From NCBI GenBank assembly GCA_964503955.1, contig CAZDCG010000001.1:237804-301803 (forward strand): a stretch of DNA of 64,000 nt, in the 5' to 3' direction. The notes beneath the pieces are model-generated. The model saw only the letters and a program-made list of their open reading frames with translations, did no database searches and was not told the origin of the DNA. Each line of letters starts with the position of its first letter. Position 1 is the first letter of the stretch. Of the stretch, positions 36,693-46,513 are shown piece after piece. The translations under genes were made by a program, and so were the position numbers. This DNA comes from an uncultured Gammaproteobacteria bacterium. GTDB taxonomy: Bacteria; Patescibacteriota; Patescibacteriia; VMEV01; CAYQCH01.

Positions 36693-37406
36693 TTAAGCCG
36701 TTTGTGAAGTGCTTCCCTTCATTGAAACAAGCCCCTGATAGACCAGATACGAAAAGGCGACGGAATATGGAACAAGCAGGATGGAAACCAGCATATTCAC
36801 GATATTCATGACCATAGGCCCCGCGAGCCCTGCCAACCCTGTCGCCACGACCACAGCCAATCCAACGACAATGCCAAAGAGAAGGATTCTGCCAAAAACG
36901 GCCCACCAATATCCTTTAACAAGTGTTCTGCTGCGATCGGCAGATTCCCAGCCTCGTTTGCCTTCAAGCACCAAGGTATATGAATAGAAAGACAAGGCAA
37001 TTGCCAGATAGATTCCGGGCAGGACCAAAGCGATCATGCCAAGTGCAGTGACGATGGCCACCAGAATTCCTACCCACAGCAACGGGAAAAAGAGTGAAGC
37101 GCCGTCGCGAAAGGCCTGCTTTACGTCAGCGTATTCCGGCTGATGAAGGCCTTTGATCAACCCTACGGAAATAATGATGCTCAGGATGGCGCTCGCAAGA
37201 GTCAAAATCCAGAACGTCGTAAAAGATGAGGAAGATTCAGGATTCATGGAAAGAAGAATGCTTCCAACTCCCGAAATGACCATTGGGATCGCGGACAAAG
37301 TAAGATAAAAAGATGCTTTCTTTTTGACGATCTCATATGATTCGCTGAGCAGCTTCATGGTTGAAGGCAGCTTTGGCTTTAGGACCGGAGCGGTTGTTGG
37401 TTCCAT
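36693..37406 (-). CDS. polytopic membrane protein, hypothetical
   Basis: 237 aa with about 6 TM helices. No motif recognised. Confidence 0.45.
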   Translation of the reverse strand: MEPTTAPVLKPKLPSTMKLLSESYEIVKKKASFYLTLSAIPMVISGVGSILLSMNPESSSSFTTFWILTLASAILSIIISVGLIKGLHQPEYADVKQAFRDGASLFFPLLWVGILVAIVTALGMIALVLPGIYLAIALSFYSYTLVLEGKRGWESADRSRTLVKGYWWAVFGRILLFGIVVGLAVVVATGLAGLAGPMVMNIVNMLVSILLVPYSVAFSYLVYQGLVSMKGSTSQTA

Positions 37407-37450
37407 AGGCGAAGGGTTAAGTTTTCCCTAGTTTAACAGAAAGCTGGTCC

Positions 37451-38197
37451 TTAAGCCACCGACTGCTTCCAGAGCAGCTCAAAGGAATCGATATAGGATC
37501 TGGCAATGGTTTTATTGCGGATCTGGATAATAATCGGCTGATGGGAATAGACCTCGATATTTACAAGCTCCCTGGTAATGCGGTGAAAAGCCGGTGTTTC
37601 AAGCCCCGTTGGCAGGAAGCGAAACTCGTCCTGGGATTTCTTATTGCAATGGCGGCGAAATCCCCCGGAATGCGCTTCAGGAGCAAGCAGCAATTTTTTC
37701 ACATTGTATTGCTTTTGGAGCTGGATATAGGTGGGATACCACTCGCCCACCGTTTCATAAAATGCCTTGTCGCTCACTCCTCCAAGGATACGCATGACTT
37801 TATCTGTTGCGGCGGCGCTCTTTACGGCTGATTCCAGGCTTTCAAGCAGCCCGCTTTTCCCATAGAGAATCTGGACATGGGTATCATCCTGATTATTGTT
37901 GCGGACTTCTTCAAGCTCCTCTACGAGCACTTTTGCAAGGCGCTGCTGTTTCTCAAGCCGGTCAAGCAGAATGGATGGATTGGTTGCATGCCAATGCTGC
38001 CGGCCATTCTTCATGACCATGGTAGCCATTTGCATGTCCTTGAGCTTTTCAAGAGATTGATACACAAGCATGCGATGCAGCTTTGTTTTATTCACGATAG
38101 GGCCGACCGTGGTCATGCCTTCCTTTAAAAGCGCTAAATAGACCTGAGCCTCTCGCTCAGGAATATTCAACTGTTCCAGCTTTTTTTGTAACACCAT
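37451..38197 (-). CDS. TrmB-family transcriptional regulator
   Basis: N-terminal TrmB HTH (NIPEREAQVYLALLKEGMTTVGPIVNKTKLHRMLVYQSLEKL). The track start is TTG; the internal ATG at 38197 was chosen. Confidence 0.65.
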   Translation of the reverse strand: MVLQKKLEQLNIPEREAQVYLALLKEGMTTVGPIVNKTKLHRMLVYQSLEKLKDMQMATMVMKNGRQHWHATNPSILLDRLEKQQRLAKVLVEELEEVRNNNQDDTHVQILYGKSGLLESLESAVKSAAATDKVMRILGGVSDKAFYETVGEWYPTYIQLQKQYNVKKLLLAPEAHSGGFRRHCNKKSQDEFRFLPTGLETPAFHRITRELVNIEVYSHQPIIIQIRNKTIARSYIDSFELLWKQSVA

Positions 38198-38329
38198 AGG
38201 AAATCGATCAAAACAAAGACTTTCCAAAAGAGGCCGATTCAACGGAACTCCAAATGGAGCGTCAAATTGGCCTCTCCCCTCCTAGCCCATCTATGAAGAT
38301 GCTCTCTACATACACTTTAAGCGTAATGT

Positions 38330-38366
38330 CAAACTTAACAACAAAAGCCCTGTGTTGCAAGGGCCC
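38330..38366 (-). terminator. terminator after secreted-protein gene 38394-38924
   Basis: GCCCT-gtgttgca-AGGGC hairpin with a T-run on the minus strand. Confidence 0.5.
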
Positions 38367-38393
38367 TGTCGTCAGGATGTTATGACACTTATG

Positions 38394-38924
38394 TCAGCTC
38401 AGCAGAAGCTCGTCGCTGCCTGAAATCCATATCTGGACCGAAAACGCCTGCAATTCGCTGGTCCCGACCCCCTTTATGCAGGAGGTGGAGCACCCTGAAT
38501 CACCTGTTTCCGGCTGATACGAAATTGTCAGATACCCCTGGCGGAGCGTCGAACCGAATACCGACTCATCAAGATCAACTTGTATATAGGCAAACGGATT
38601 TGACTGCCCTCCCGCAATGGATACCTGACGGATGGGAATAACAATGTCTTCAAAATGAACCTTCAGTCCGTATGGACTTGAGCCGGCAAGCACCCATTCC
38701 TGTCTCCCCTGATTTGCGACCGTGAACAAAATCTGGTCAATGGAACCGTCAACATTTGTATCCCAGAAATGGAATCGGAGCGGCTTTCCATCTGTGGCAG
38801 CTTGAGTCAAAGCCAGGGCTTTGCGGGGCAATCCCGTCGCCAACAAGACAGCGAACACTACATTGATCAATACAGCCGCGAACAGGATCTTGCCGGATAA
38901 GATTGGCTCTTTCATCGTGCGCAT
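38394..38924 (-). CDS. secreted hypothetical protein (starts MRTMK...)
   Basis: N-terminal signal anchor. No domain recognised. Confidence 0.45.
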   Translation of the reverse strand: MRTMKEPILSGKILFAAVLINVVFAVLLATGLPRKALALTQAATDGKPLRFHFWDTNVDGSIDQILFTVANQGRQEWVLAGSSPYGLKVHFEDIVIPIRQVSIAGGQSNPFAYIQVDLDESVFGSTLRQGYLTISYQPETGDSGCSTSCIKGVGTSELQAFSVQIWISGSDELLLS

Positions 38925-39050
38925 AAGTGCGGTTCTCCACGATGAGAGATGAAAGACAATCGCTTAAGAAAGGATTCGCCTTTCAACGCTAGGCAAATAG
39001 ACGTTTCTAAGCAAGTATACTGCTGTCACCGCAAGGCGACGTTACGCAGC

Positions 39051-40550
39051 CTAGCTCGACAATATCCCCACTGCCATGGCGGGAACCCAGAAATACGCGT
39101 ACGGGCTAATCCATCCGTAGACCTGCCACTCAAAAAAATAAAGCAGGAGAAAGATCATCAATGTGCAGACATTCAGCACCAGCCGCTTTTTGGGCAAACG
39201 AGTGGCGTCTGCGGCCGTTTTCTTGCCGGCGGTTTTTGGCGTTTTAAACCAATCTGATTGTATGCCAAGCAATCCCTTCAGGTTGGCCCAAAAGTACGTG
39301 TGAAGCAATGACCAGAATAGCCATGAAGTGAAGAAAACATAAGGCAGTTCCCGAAAATGCCTCCTTCTGACCGCCGCGACGAATAAAGGCAGAAAATTGC
39401 TGATCAAAGCGACGAAAAGAAGAACCATGTACGGACCGGATAGACGAGACATGTAATACAAATACAAATTGGCCTGATAACTTTCCGGGGCAAAGCCCAG
39501 CCATGCGACGGAGATGACCGCTGAGAGAAGAGAAAGCTCTATGGCTACCGCGGTGAAGTAGTACAAATTCTGGCGAAGCAATGAGATGCGCTCCGGCCAG
39601 GATAAGTGAACGCTGCTGATGACATCGGAAAAAAATTCACGCAATGAGCGGGCTGTTCCCTGCGCCCAGCGCTCCTGCTGGCGGATCAATGAGCGATAGG
39701 TAGGAGCCACCTCTCCTTGATTGGCTACGGTTGAAAGATACGCCCCTTTCCAGCCGCGCAAATAAAATCGATTCGTCAGGTCAATATCTTCCGTCAGATG
39801 CCCGGACGTAAACCCGCCGACATCCTTGATGGCCCGTACGCGAAATAATGTGCAACATCCGGTGAAAAGCATTGGATGTCCAAGAACCTGGCGCCCCTCA
39901 TACTCAACTTCATAGCCCGATTCTTCGCTGATGCTCGCCGCATGCTGCAGAACCCCTTGAAGCCGGTTGTAATGCAAGCGCTTTGTTTGCACAAAGGCGA
40001 GTTCGTCATTTGCTTCAAGCACGGACAGGGTGTCTGACAGCGCCGAACGGTCCGGCAGCCAGTCCGCGTCCAGCAGGTACATGTATTGGATTTTCTGCCG
40101 TTGCAAATACTGCTGGACATTGCGCAGGCTCCCCGCTTTAAAACCGCTTTTCGTATAGCGGTGGATCAGGACAAATTCTTTTTTGGGAGTTGTCCAAACT
40201 TCAGCTCCGCCATAATGCTTCGCGCAATACGCGGCAGAAAGAGGCTTGCCCCCCTTCTCTTGAATCCATTTTCTAAGCAAAGGAAATGTTTCTCCATCGT
40301 CGGAATCGTCGGCGGCGATGATGGATTTGTTTTCGTATGCAAGCCGCTCGCAGGCTTTGAGCGTTTGCAGCAATACAGCCGATTCATTGTAAGAAACCAC
40401 CACGACGGCAATCCGTTTGCCGGAATGCGGCACCTTTTCAGGCTCGCGATAAAAAAAACTCGCGAACGTGTAGAGATAGTTGAAAAAAGCGAAAAAAAGA
40501 AAGTAGCTGAGGAGGAGCAGATTCACTGCTACCAAGATGAGAGCAAGCAT
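39051..40550 (-). CDS. family-2 glycosyltransferase, processive membrane-embedded type (cellulose/hyaluronan-synthase-like)
   Basis: GT-A motifs (VVVVSYNE...AADDSDD, DADW), QxxRW (IRQQERWAQG) and C-terminal TM helices. Confidence 0.8.
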   Translation of the reverse strand: MLALILVAVNLLLLSYFLFFAFFNYLYTFASFFYREPEKVPHSGKRIAVVVVSYNESAVLLQTLKACERLAYENKSIIAADDSDDGETFPLLRKWIQEKGGKPLSAAYCAKHYGGAEVWTTPKKEFVLIHRYTKSGFKAGSLRNVQQYLQRQKIQYMYLLDADWLPDRSALSDTLSVLEANDELAFVQTKRLHYNRLQGVLQHAASISEESGYEVEYEGRQVLGHPMLFTGCCTLFRVRAIKDVGGFTSGHLTEDIDLTNRFYLRGWKGAYLSTVANQGEVAPTYRSLIRQQERWAQGTARSLREFFSDVISSVHLSWPERISLLRQNLYYFTAVAIELSLLSAVISVAWLGFAPESYQANLYLYYMSRLSGPYMVLLFVALISNFLPLFVAAVRRRHFRELPYVFFTSWLFWSLLHTYFWANLKGLLGIQSDWFKTPKTAGKKTAADATRLPKKRLVLNVCTLMIFLLLYFFEWQVYGWISPYAYFWVPAMAVGILSS

Positions 40551-40551
40551 A

Positions 40552-41166
40552 TCAGCGCGGACGGAACGCCAGAGGAACCATAATGGTCAGCATGGCCAAA
40601 ACGGTCAAAGAAATGCCAAATGTCCATGAGTAGCTTCGGCCATGTGCCAAGGAGTCGCTTATCGTTTCAAAAGGGGTAAAGCTTGAGAAACTCGTCACAG
40701 AAAAGACCCAGAGCATATTTCCCGCATCGTCTGATTGGATCGGAATTACCTTAGTTGCCGTTTCATACGTCACAGGCGCGCCGTGATGTTCATGCCGGAT
40801 GACCAGAGAAGGCGCGTCCGGAGCCCACATATAGATCGTAGCCTGCTGCAAAGCATCATTGATCTTTTGCGGGACGATGATATCAAATGCCTGATCCGAT
40901 CCTTCAGGATACTCTTTGATAAGAATATGAGTATCAACAGGCTCCGTGGTTTCCACGATCATTGAGTGGATATAGCGCAGTCCCATGTCAATCGCATGGA
41001 CTCCGTCTTCCGTGTTCAAATCGAAACGGGTTACCTGAACCGAAGACGGGCCGCCAAAAGCTCCTGGCAAAATGCCGTAGCTCCCCGTGTACGCCTTGGC
41101 CGAGGGTATTTGCAAAAAGAAGAGGATAGGAAGAAAAAAGAAAGTGAGTCGCTTCATAGTCCTCAC
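40552..41166 (-). CDS. secreted hypothetical protein with C-terminal TM anchor (starts MRTMK...)
   Basis: Signal peptide ...PSAKA, and a C-terminal hydrophobic helix plus basic tail LAFRPR. Its start is 2 nt from the GT2 stop. Confidence 0.45.
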   Translation of the reverse strand: MRTMKRLTFFFLPILFFLQIPSAKAYTGSYGILPGAFGGPSSVQVTRFDLNTEDGVHAIDMGLRYIHSMIVETTEPVDTHILIKEYPEGSDQAFDIIVPQKINDALQQATIYMWAPDAPSLVIRHEHHGAPVTYETATKVIPIQSDDAGNMLWVFSVTSFSSFTPFETISDSLAHGRSYSWTFGISLTVLAMLTIMVPLAFRPR

Positions 41167-41221
41167 CTATTATGAAATGGAAGAGGACTTTGAGCAAGCC
41201 CGCAAACAAAAAAGCTCCACA

Positions 41222-41297
41222 TGGAGCGGGTAACGGGAATCGAACCCGTATCTTCAGCTTGGAAGGCTGACATAATAAACCATTATACTATACCCGC
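41222..41297 (-). tRNA. tRNA-Gly (anticodon TCC), CCA encoded
   Basis: Reverse complement GCGGGTA...anticodon loop CTTCCAA, T-arm ACGGG-TTCGATT-CCCGT, TACCCGC-T-CCA. Confidence 0.75.
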
Positions 41298-41436
41298 TCC
41301 ACATGGAACTTATTGGTAGGCGAGATTGTAACAAATGCCTTTCTGATTGTCTAGCTAAGCCCTCGACGGAAGACGAACTTGCACGAATTTTTATCGCCGG
41401 TCGTATTAGCGGCAGGAGGACCTAAACCGATTTTCT

Positions 41437-41748
41437 ATGCCTAAACGAATGAAAACCTATATTGACATGACAAAAGAAAAGCTCCGTGAATGGGAAAGCA
41501 AAGTAAAAGAACGCCAGGCAAGAGATGTTCGCTCGCAAGAACGATGGAGCCGCTATCAGGACAAAAAAGACAAGCTGGATCAAAAGCTTGAATCAATGAA
41601 AGACTCCGGCCAGGAACGGTGGGAGCAACTCAAAGAGGAAGCCGAGCGCCTGACCGATGAATTGCGAGCAGACTACGAAGAGGCAATGAAAGATCAGACA
41701 GAAGAAAGCATGCCGGATGAGGAACATGCGCGCGATCGCCGGCCCTGA
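41437..41748 (+). CDS. charged coiled-coil hypothetical protein
   Basis: 103 aa, strongly K/E/R/D-rich and helical. Confidence 0.35.
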   Translation: MPKRMKTYIDMTKEKLREWESKVKERQARDVRSQERWSRYQDKKDKLDQKLESMKDSGQERWEQLKEEAERLTDELRADYEEAMKDQTEESMPDEEHARDRRP

Positions 41749-41794
41749 TTGCCGAGCTTTTGCTCCTTTGACGTTCATGTTATGCTCTTTCTCT

Positions 41795-42322
41795 ATGAAA
41801 GAGCAACTTATTTTGGTTGATACCCAAGACCGCCAAATCGGCATTCAGGAAAAAATCGAGGCGCACAAGCGAGGCCAGCTGCACCGGGCTTTTTCCGTCT
41901 ATATCGTGAATGCTTCAGGCCAGCTCATGCTGCAGCTTCGCGCCAGCTCGAAATACCATTGCGGAGGACTTTGGACAAATACGGCTTGCGGCCACCCTCG
42001 CCCCGATGAGCCAGTAAAAGAGGCCGCGCAAAGGCGATTGAGAGAAGAAATGGGCATCGAAACCGAGCTTTGCAAAGGAGTTGAATTTATCTACCATGTC
42101 CCATTCGACAATGGCCTGACCGAACATGAATATCTTCATGTCTTTATCGGGCGCTATGAAGGAATCCCCGTGCTCAACCCTGAAGAAGCGGATGGCTGGA
42201 AATGGGTTGATATTAAAAACCTGCAAAAAGAAATCGACGCTGATCCGGACGCTTACACGTATTGGATGAAGATGACATTGCAAAAGATCCAGAAGCAACT
42301 TTTAGCTCAGGCTCGCGCTTGA
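41795..42322 (+). CDS. idi: isopentenyl-diphosphate delta-isomerase type 1 (Nudix)
   Basis: GQLHRAFSVYIVNASGQLMLQLRASSKYHCGGLWTNTACGHP...E parallels E. coli Idi (LHRAFSVFLFN...LQRRA..K..PGVWTNSVCGHP). Confidence 0.85.
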   Translation: MKEQLILVDTQDRQIGIQEKIEAHKRGQLHRAFSVYIVNASGQLMLQLRASSKYHCGGLWTNTACGHPRPDEPVKEAAQRRLREEMGIETELCKGVEFIYHVPFDNGLTEHEYLHVFIGRYEGIPVLNPEEADGWKWVDIKNLQKEIDADPDAYTYWMKMTLQKIQKQLLAQARA

Positions 42323-42922
42323 AAAGAGAACGGAAAAAGCGCGGCACCAGATAATGACACTTTTATATTTACTCATGTCGACATCGCTTGGGATGACGTA
42401 ATTTTGACTCCCTTTATTTCCTTTCAGCCTGCCCAGATTCACATAATCGTCTCCCACATCGCTGCTTGATGCGACTCCATTTGGCACAAGCCAGACATGC
42501 AGATCAGGCCCGTTCGTCACCTCAAAATCCTCAAAGCGGATAATATGCTCTCCGTCCGGCAGACGATACAAGAGTGCTTTCCCGCTTCCTTTATGAAAGC
42601 TGTCCGCATTTTGAAATGTTCCTGAAGCAAGAAGCGACGACGGCTGCCCTGATACTTCCTCCATGGCCTCTGCAACGCCAATCGGCTCGATATCAGCCAT
42701 CCGTTGGACAATGGATTGTTCTAGAGCCATCTTGACCTCGTCTGACATTGCGTCAAGCAGCTCCTGATCAGGGACCTCTACCAGATTAACCGTGTCTTGC
42801 GGTTCACGTTCCGATACGGGAAAGGACTCGTTCACCTCTTTGTCAAAAAAGAACGGAGAAACCAAATACGCCGCAATAGCCGCCGCGCAGAAAACGCAAA
42901 ACCACAAAATGATTTTTTTCAT
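42302..42922 (-). CDS. DM13-domain secreted protein
   Basis: C-terminal DM13 signature (DGEHIIRFEDFEVTNGPDLHVWL...KGSQNYVIPSDVDMSKYKSVIIWCRAFSVLF) and an N-terminal signal. Confidence 0.65.
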   Translation of the reverse strand: MKKIILWFCVFCAAAIAAYLVSPFFFDKEVNESFPVSEREPQDTVNLVEVPDQELLDAMSDEVKMALEQSIVQRMADIEPIGVAEAMEEVSGQPSSLLASGTFQNADSFHKGSGKALLYRLPDGEHIIRFEDFEVTNGPDLHVWLVPNGVASSSDVGDDYVNLGRLKGNKGSQNYVIPSDVDMSKYKSVIIWCRAFSVLFSSASLS

Positions 42923-43037
42923 AGAAACGTGTCAAAGATGAACAGAGTATACCATGCTGGTGCATCTCCCACACACCCGCCATACAACAAGGAGCTTTTC
43001 AAGCGGGCCGCAAGCATGCTTTAATAGCAGTACATCT

Positions 43038-43502
43038 ATGGCTCATAAAAAATTATTTGAATTCTTCTTTGTTCTTACGCGTATCGCTCTTGGCTCATTC
43101 ATGCTCTATGCCGGAGTGAGCAAATTGCTTTCGCAAAACTGGTCTGCTCAGATGTACCTTGAGAAAGCGCAGACATTTTCCAGCTTTTATCAATGGCTTG
43201 CACAGCCGGACATTCTTCCTTTTGTAAACATCGGCAATAGCTGGGGATTAACACTGCTTGGCGTCTCGCTGATTCTTGGCATTTTTGTCCGGCTCAGCGG
43301 ATTTTTGGGTGCCGTTTTGATGCTTCTTTACTATTTCCCCATTCTGCATTTTCCGATCGCGGGCGAACGCGCTTTGCTCATTGACGAGCATATCATTTAC
43401 GCGCTGCTGCTGCTCTCCTTTTCAGCCGGCGCAGCGGGACGCATATTCGGGGTTGATCGATGGCTTGTGAAAAAATTTCCAAAGCTCAGCCGACTGGCTT
43501 AA
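43038..43502 (+). CDS. DoxX-family membrane protein
   Basis: RIALGSFMLYAGVSKL...four TM helices typical of DoxX. Internal ATG start chosen. Confidence 0.65.
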   Translation: MAHKKLFEFFFVLTRIALGSFMLYAGVSKLLSQNWSAQMYLEKAQTFSSFYQWLAQPDILPFVNIGNSWGLTLLGVSLILGIFVRLSGFLGAVLMLLYYFPILHFPIAGERALLIDEHIIYALLLLSFSAGAAGRIFGVDRWLVKKFPKLSRLA

Positions 43503-43960
43503 TGTGCTGCCTCCCAGCAAGGACGTGATTCATTCCACGGAGAAGTTCCATACCGTTCGTACAAATACAGACCCATGTCGATATTGGCAATCGGGTCTGT
43601 TTTTCGTTTTCCTTCGTTAAATTGCGGAGTAGAGCGTTCGGTTTTATCAAGGATCTGAAAATAACCAAATGCGGAGGAAGCTTTATTCTGCACCATGCGC
43701 CACCCGCTCTCGCATTCAATAATCCTGTTCAACAGCCGATAGTTTAGCCCGTGTTCACTGGCCTGGGCGTATAAATACTGCTTGGGCAAGACTTGAGCCT
43801 GCGCGATCCGGATATACGTTTGCTCCTGACCAGCGTAATACAATAATCCCGAAGCAATCGCGAATAGCCCGCTCAAGACGAAAAACTGCAAAGCGCCGAA
43901 TTGAAAATTCCGCAGGTTCATATAGCTAAGTGTAGCATAGAACGTCAGCAGAACGCGCAT
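43499..43960 (-). CDS. transglycosylase-like (Rpf/SLT-like lysozyme fold) membrane-anchored protein
   Basis: IIECESGWRMVQNKASSAFGYFQIL catalytic-Glu motif. N-terminal TM. Confidence 0.5.
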   Translation of the reverse strand: MRVLLTFYATLSYMNLRNFQFGALQFFVLSGLFAIASGLLYYAGQEQTYIRIAQAQVLPKQYLYAQASEHGLNYRLLNRIIECESGWRMVQNKASSAFGYFQILDKTERSTPQFNEGKRKTDPIANIDMGLYLYERYGTSPWNESRPCWEAAH

Positions 43961-44021
43961 ATAAAACCCTTGCGGCAAACACCCGTTCATGGTGTGCTGC
44001 TTGATTCCGCAAGGAGGCGAC

Positions 44022-44411
44022 ATGCGATACCGAGCCTACGCAGCCGCGGCGATACTTAGCCTGCTCTTGCTCATGAGCAGCCGCGCATTTGCTGCCTTCG
44101 AGCAAAAATCAGAAGAATCCCAGGCGAGGATTATTCCTCACCCTTCCGCTGAATCGCCGTATTCAGACGCAAGCCTGAATACGCAAACGAATGCCCCCCT
44201 CGTGAGCGCCAAGACGCAGGCTCTCGTGGCGCCCCGAACGCCGGTCTACCAGGAACCGAAGGTGCGCATCACCATCATGGGCATGGAAGCAAGCCTCTTT
44301 TTCATCGTTCTGATGGCTTCGCAATCAGTGCTGGCCATTATGCTTGTCGGTGCGGACATGCGCCGGATGCAAAGAGTCAACGCGATCCTGCGCGCCTGCC
44401 AAGGAAGTTGA
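44022..44411 (+). CDS. small secreted/membrane hypothetical protein
   Basis: AAGGAGG ribosome-binding site 5 nt before ATG 44022. Signal peptide and a C-terminal TM. Confidence 0.4.
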   Translation: MRYRAYAAAAILSLLLLMSSRAFAAFEQKSEESQARIIPHPSAESPYSDASLNTQTNAPLVSAKTQALVAPRTPVYQEPKVRITIMGMEASLFFIVLMASQSVLAIMLVGADMRRMQRVNAILRACQGS

Positions 44412-44449
44412 CCGCGCCGCCGTCTGTGCTGAACGCATGGGCGGCGGCT

Positions 44450-45400
44450 TCACTGCAGGCAGCGCATGGCTTCAACCAAATGCGCGCGGTTCTCACGCAT
44501 GAGCGAAAGATAATCCTCTCCGTCAGCGACCTGGCCGGCCGTAAGATTTTCAAGCGTATGCAGCACATCGGTTGAAGCGCCGACTTCAGCCGCGATCGCC
44601 TGAGCTAATCTCGGACTGACCGTATTTTCAAAAAAGACGACATTGATCTGATGATCTCTTGCAAGCTGTGCAATTTGGGCGAGCCTTCGCACGGACGGCT
44701 CTTCTTGTGGAGAGATGCCTGAAATCGCGATCAGTTCAAATCCGTATCTGCTGGCAAGATAGTTAAACGCATCATGTGCGACAATGATTTTGTTCAGATC
44801 GCAAATAGCAAACGCTTGCTCAAACTCCGCATCAAGTTGTTTCAACTCATCAGCAAGTCTCTGCTGACGATCCGTGAAGTTGGCAGAAGATTCAGGCGCC
44901 AATTCCGCAAGACGCGTGCTGAACGCTTGTGCAAACGCAGCATAGACAACAGGATCAAGCCAGAAATGCGGATCAAATACGCCATGGTCATCCTCCTCTT
45001 CATGCTCGTATTCTTCATGCTCTTCCGTTTCAAGCAGATTCACTAATGAAGCGGCTTCGACAAGCCTGCTTGAAGGCAGATTGAGATTGTCAGCCGTCTG
45101 CTCAATCCAGGCGTCAAGCCCTGCTCCGTTATAAAGAATGAGATCAGCTCTTCGTAAAATCGTGATATCGGAAGGACGAGGCGAAAAACTATGCGGATCA
45201 GCGCCGCTTGGAAGCAAAAGCAGAACCTGCGCGTCATCACCCGCCAGATACTCCGCCGCATAAGCAAGCGGATACGTCGTAGTCACAATCAACGGCCGCC
45301 CGGCAAATATCTCTTCCCGCCCGCCTCTCCAAAAGAACACCAAGGCTAAGACGAGCGCAATAAGCGCAAGAGCAGAAAAAACGGCGATGCTATTCTTCAT
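44450..45400 (-). CDS. znuA: metal ABC transporter substrate-binding protein (ZnuA/TroA family) with His/Glu-rich loop
   Basis: TroA-fold SBP motifs (DPHSFSP...DPHFWLDP) and an acidic His-rich insert (EEHEEYEHEEEDDHG) typical of zinc-specific ZnuA. Confidence 0.7.
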   Translation of the reverse strand: MKNSIAVFSALALIALVLALVFFWRGGREEIFAGRPLIVTTTYPLAYAAEYLAGDDAQVLLLLPSGADPHSFSPRPSDITILRRADLILYNGAGLDAWIEQTADNLNLPSSRLVEAASLVNLLETEEHEEYEHEEEDDHGVFDPHFWLDPVVYAAFAQAFSTRLAELAPESSANFTDRQQRLADELKQLDAEFEQAFAICDLNKIIVAHDAFNYLASRYGFELIAISGISPQEEPSVRRLAQIAQLARDHQINVVFFENTVSPRLAQAIAAEVGASTDVLHTLENLTAGQVADGEDYLSLMRENRAHLVEAMRCLQ

Positions 45401-45490
45401 ATGATGCCAGTATAAATCAAATGCAAATCATTAGCAATTAGAAAACTTGCTCTTTTCATGGCAGCAGGCGTATCCTGAGATATTGCGCTT

Positions 45491-46258
45491 ATGCATATCA
45501 ATACATTCATCAAAGACCAGCTCTACGCTGCCGGCGAACTGATCCGGTCGCGTTATGGCAGGCAGCAGATGATTTCCACCAAAGAAAATCCCAGCGATTT
45601 TGTCACGCAAACCGATACGGAGATTCAAACGGAAATCGTCGCCGCCATTAAACGCGCGTTTCCTTCGCACGGGATCCTGTCCGAGGAAAATATCGACCAG
45701 CCAGGCGACAGCTGGACCTGGATTCTTGATCCGCTGGACGGAACAACCAATTTTGTCAGCCAGATCCCTCTTTTTGGAACCATGCTGACGCTCTGCGAGG
45801 GAGAACAGGTCATGGCCTGCGGCGTTTATCTTCCTATGAGCGACGAATACTTTCATGCGGAGCATGGGAAAGGAGCCTATTTGCATGCAACCAAAATCCA
45901 GGCGACAGAAAAAACAGATTGGCCGTATACATTCGGCTGCAGCAGCGCACGCATCAATCCTGGAAAAAAAATCATCCGTGAAGCCATGCTGAAAGCATCT
46001 AACCAAAATGATTTTTGGCTGAGCTGCTATGGATCTTCAGCCATTAGCGGCAGCTTTGTTGCCAGCGGCAAGCGCGACTGGTATCTCAGCAAGGGTTCGC
46101 TTGTCTGGGACTACGCGCCTATCGCCCTGCTGATGAGAGAAGCTGGCTGCAAAGTAACGAACCTTTCAGGAGATGAATGGACATTGCAAGATCGTGAAAT
46201 GCTTGCGGCAAATCCGGTGCTGCATGAACAGCTTTTTACTTTGTTGGAAAACGCATGA
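45491..46258 (+). CDS. inositol monophosphatase family protein (SuhB/IMPase-like)
   Basis: DPLDGTTNF, WDYAPIALL and GSSA motifs. Confidence 0.8.
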   Translation: MHINTFIKDQLYAAGELIRSRYGRQQMISTKENPSDFVTQTDTEIQTEIVAAIKRAFPSHGILSEENIDQPGDSWTWILDPLDGTTNFVSQIPLFGTMLTLCEGEQVMACGVYLPMSDEYFHAEHGKGAYLHATKIQATEKTDWPYTFGCSSARINPGKKIIREAMLKASNQNDFWLSCYGSSAISGSFVASGKRDWYLSKGSLVWDYAPIALLMREAGCKVTNLSGDEWTLQDREMLAANPVLHEQLFTLLENA

Positions 46259-46288
46259 TCAACCAAGCTGAGTGATCGGGTGGAAAAT

Positions 46289-46458
46289 CTGAAAAACTGT
46301 CACTGAATTTTCGTGAACGGGTTAACGAGTTCATGCGTTAACGGGTTTAGCTGCCCCCTTCACAACTCGTTAACACGTTAACCCGGGAACACGTTAACTC
46401 AAACACATACGATCCACTTGGTCGGGTACCCATGGAAAAACTTAAAACCTGAAAAACT
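46289..46458. repeat. ~150-bp element bounded by 10-bp direct repeats CTGAAAAACT (46289, 46449) containing five GTTAAC palindromes and terminal inverted CGGGTTAAC / GTTAACCCGG
   Basis: GTTAAC at 46321, 46337, 46369, 46377 and 46393. Inverted ends at 46318-46326 and 46377-46386. Direct repeats were read by eye. Confidence 0.45.
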
Positions 46459-46513
46459 TAAAAAAGCGAAAGCCGCGGGATCCCTAGTTAAAGGATAACC
46501 GCGGCCTCTTTGT

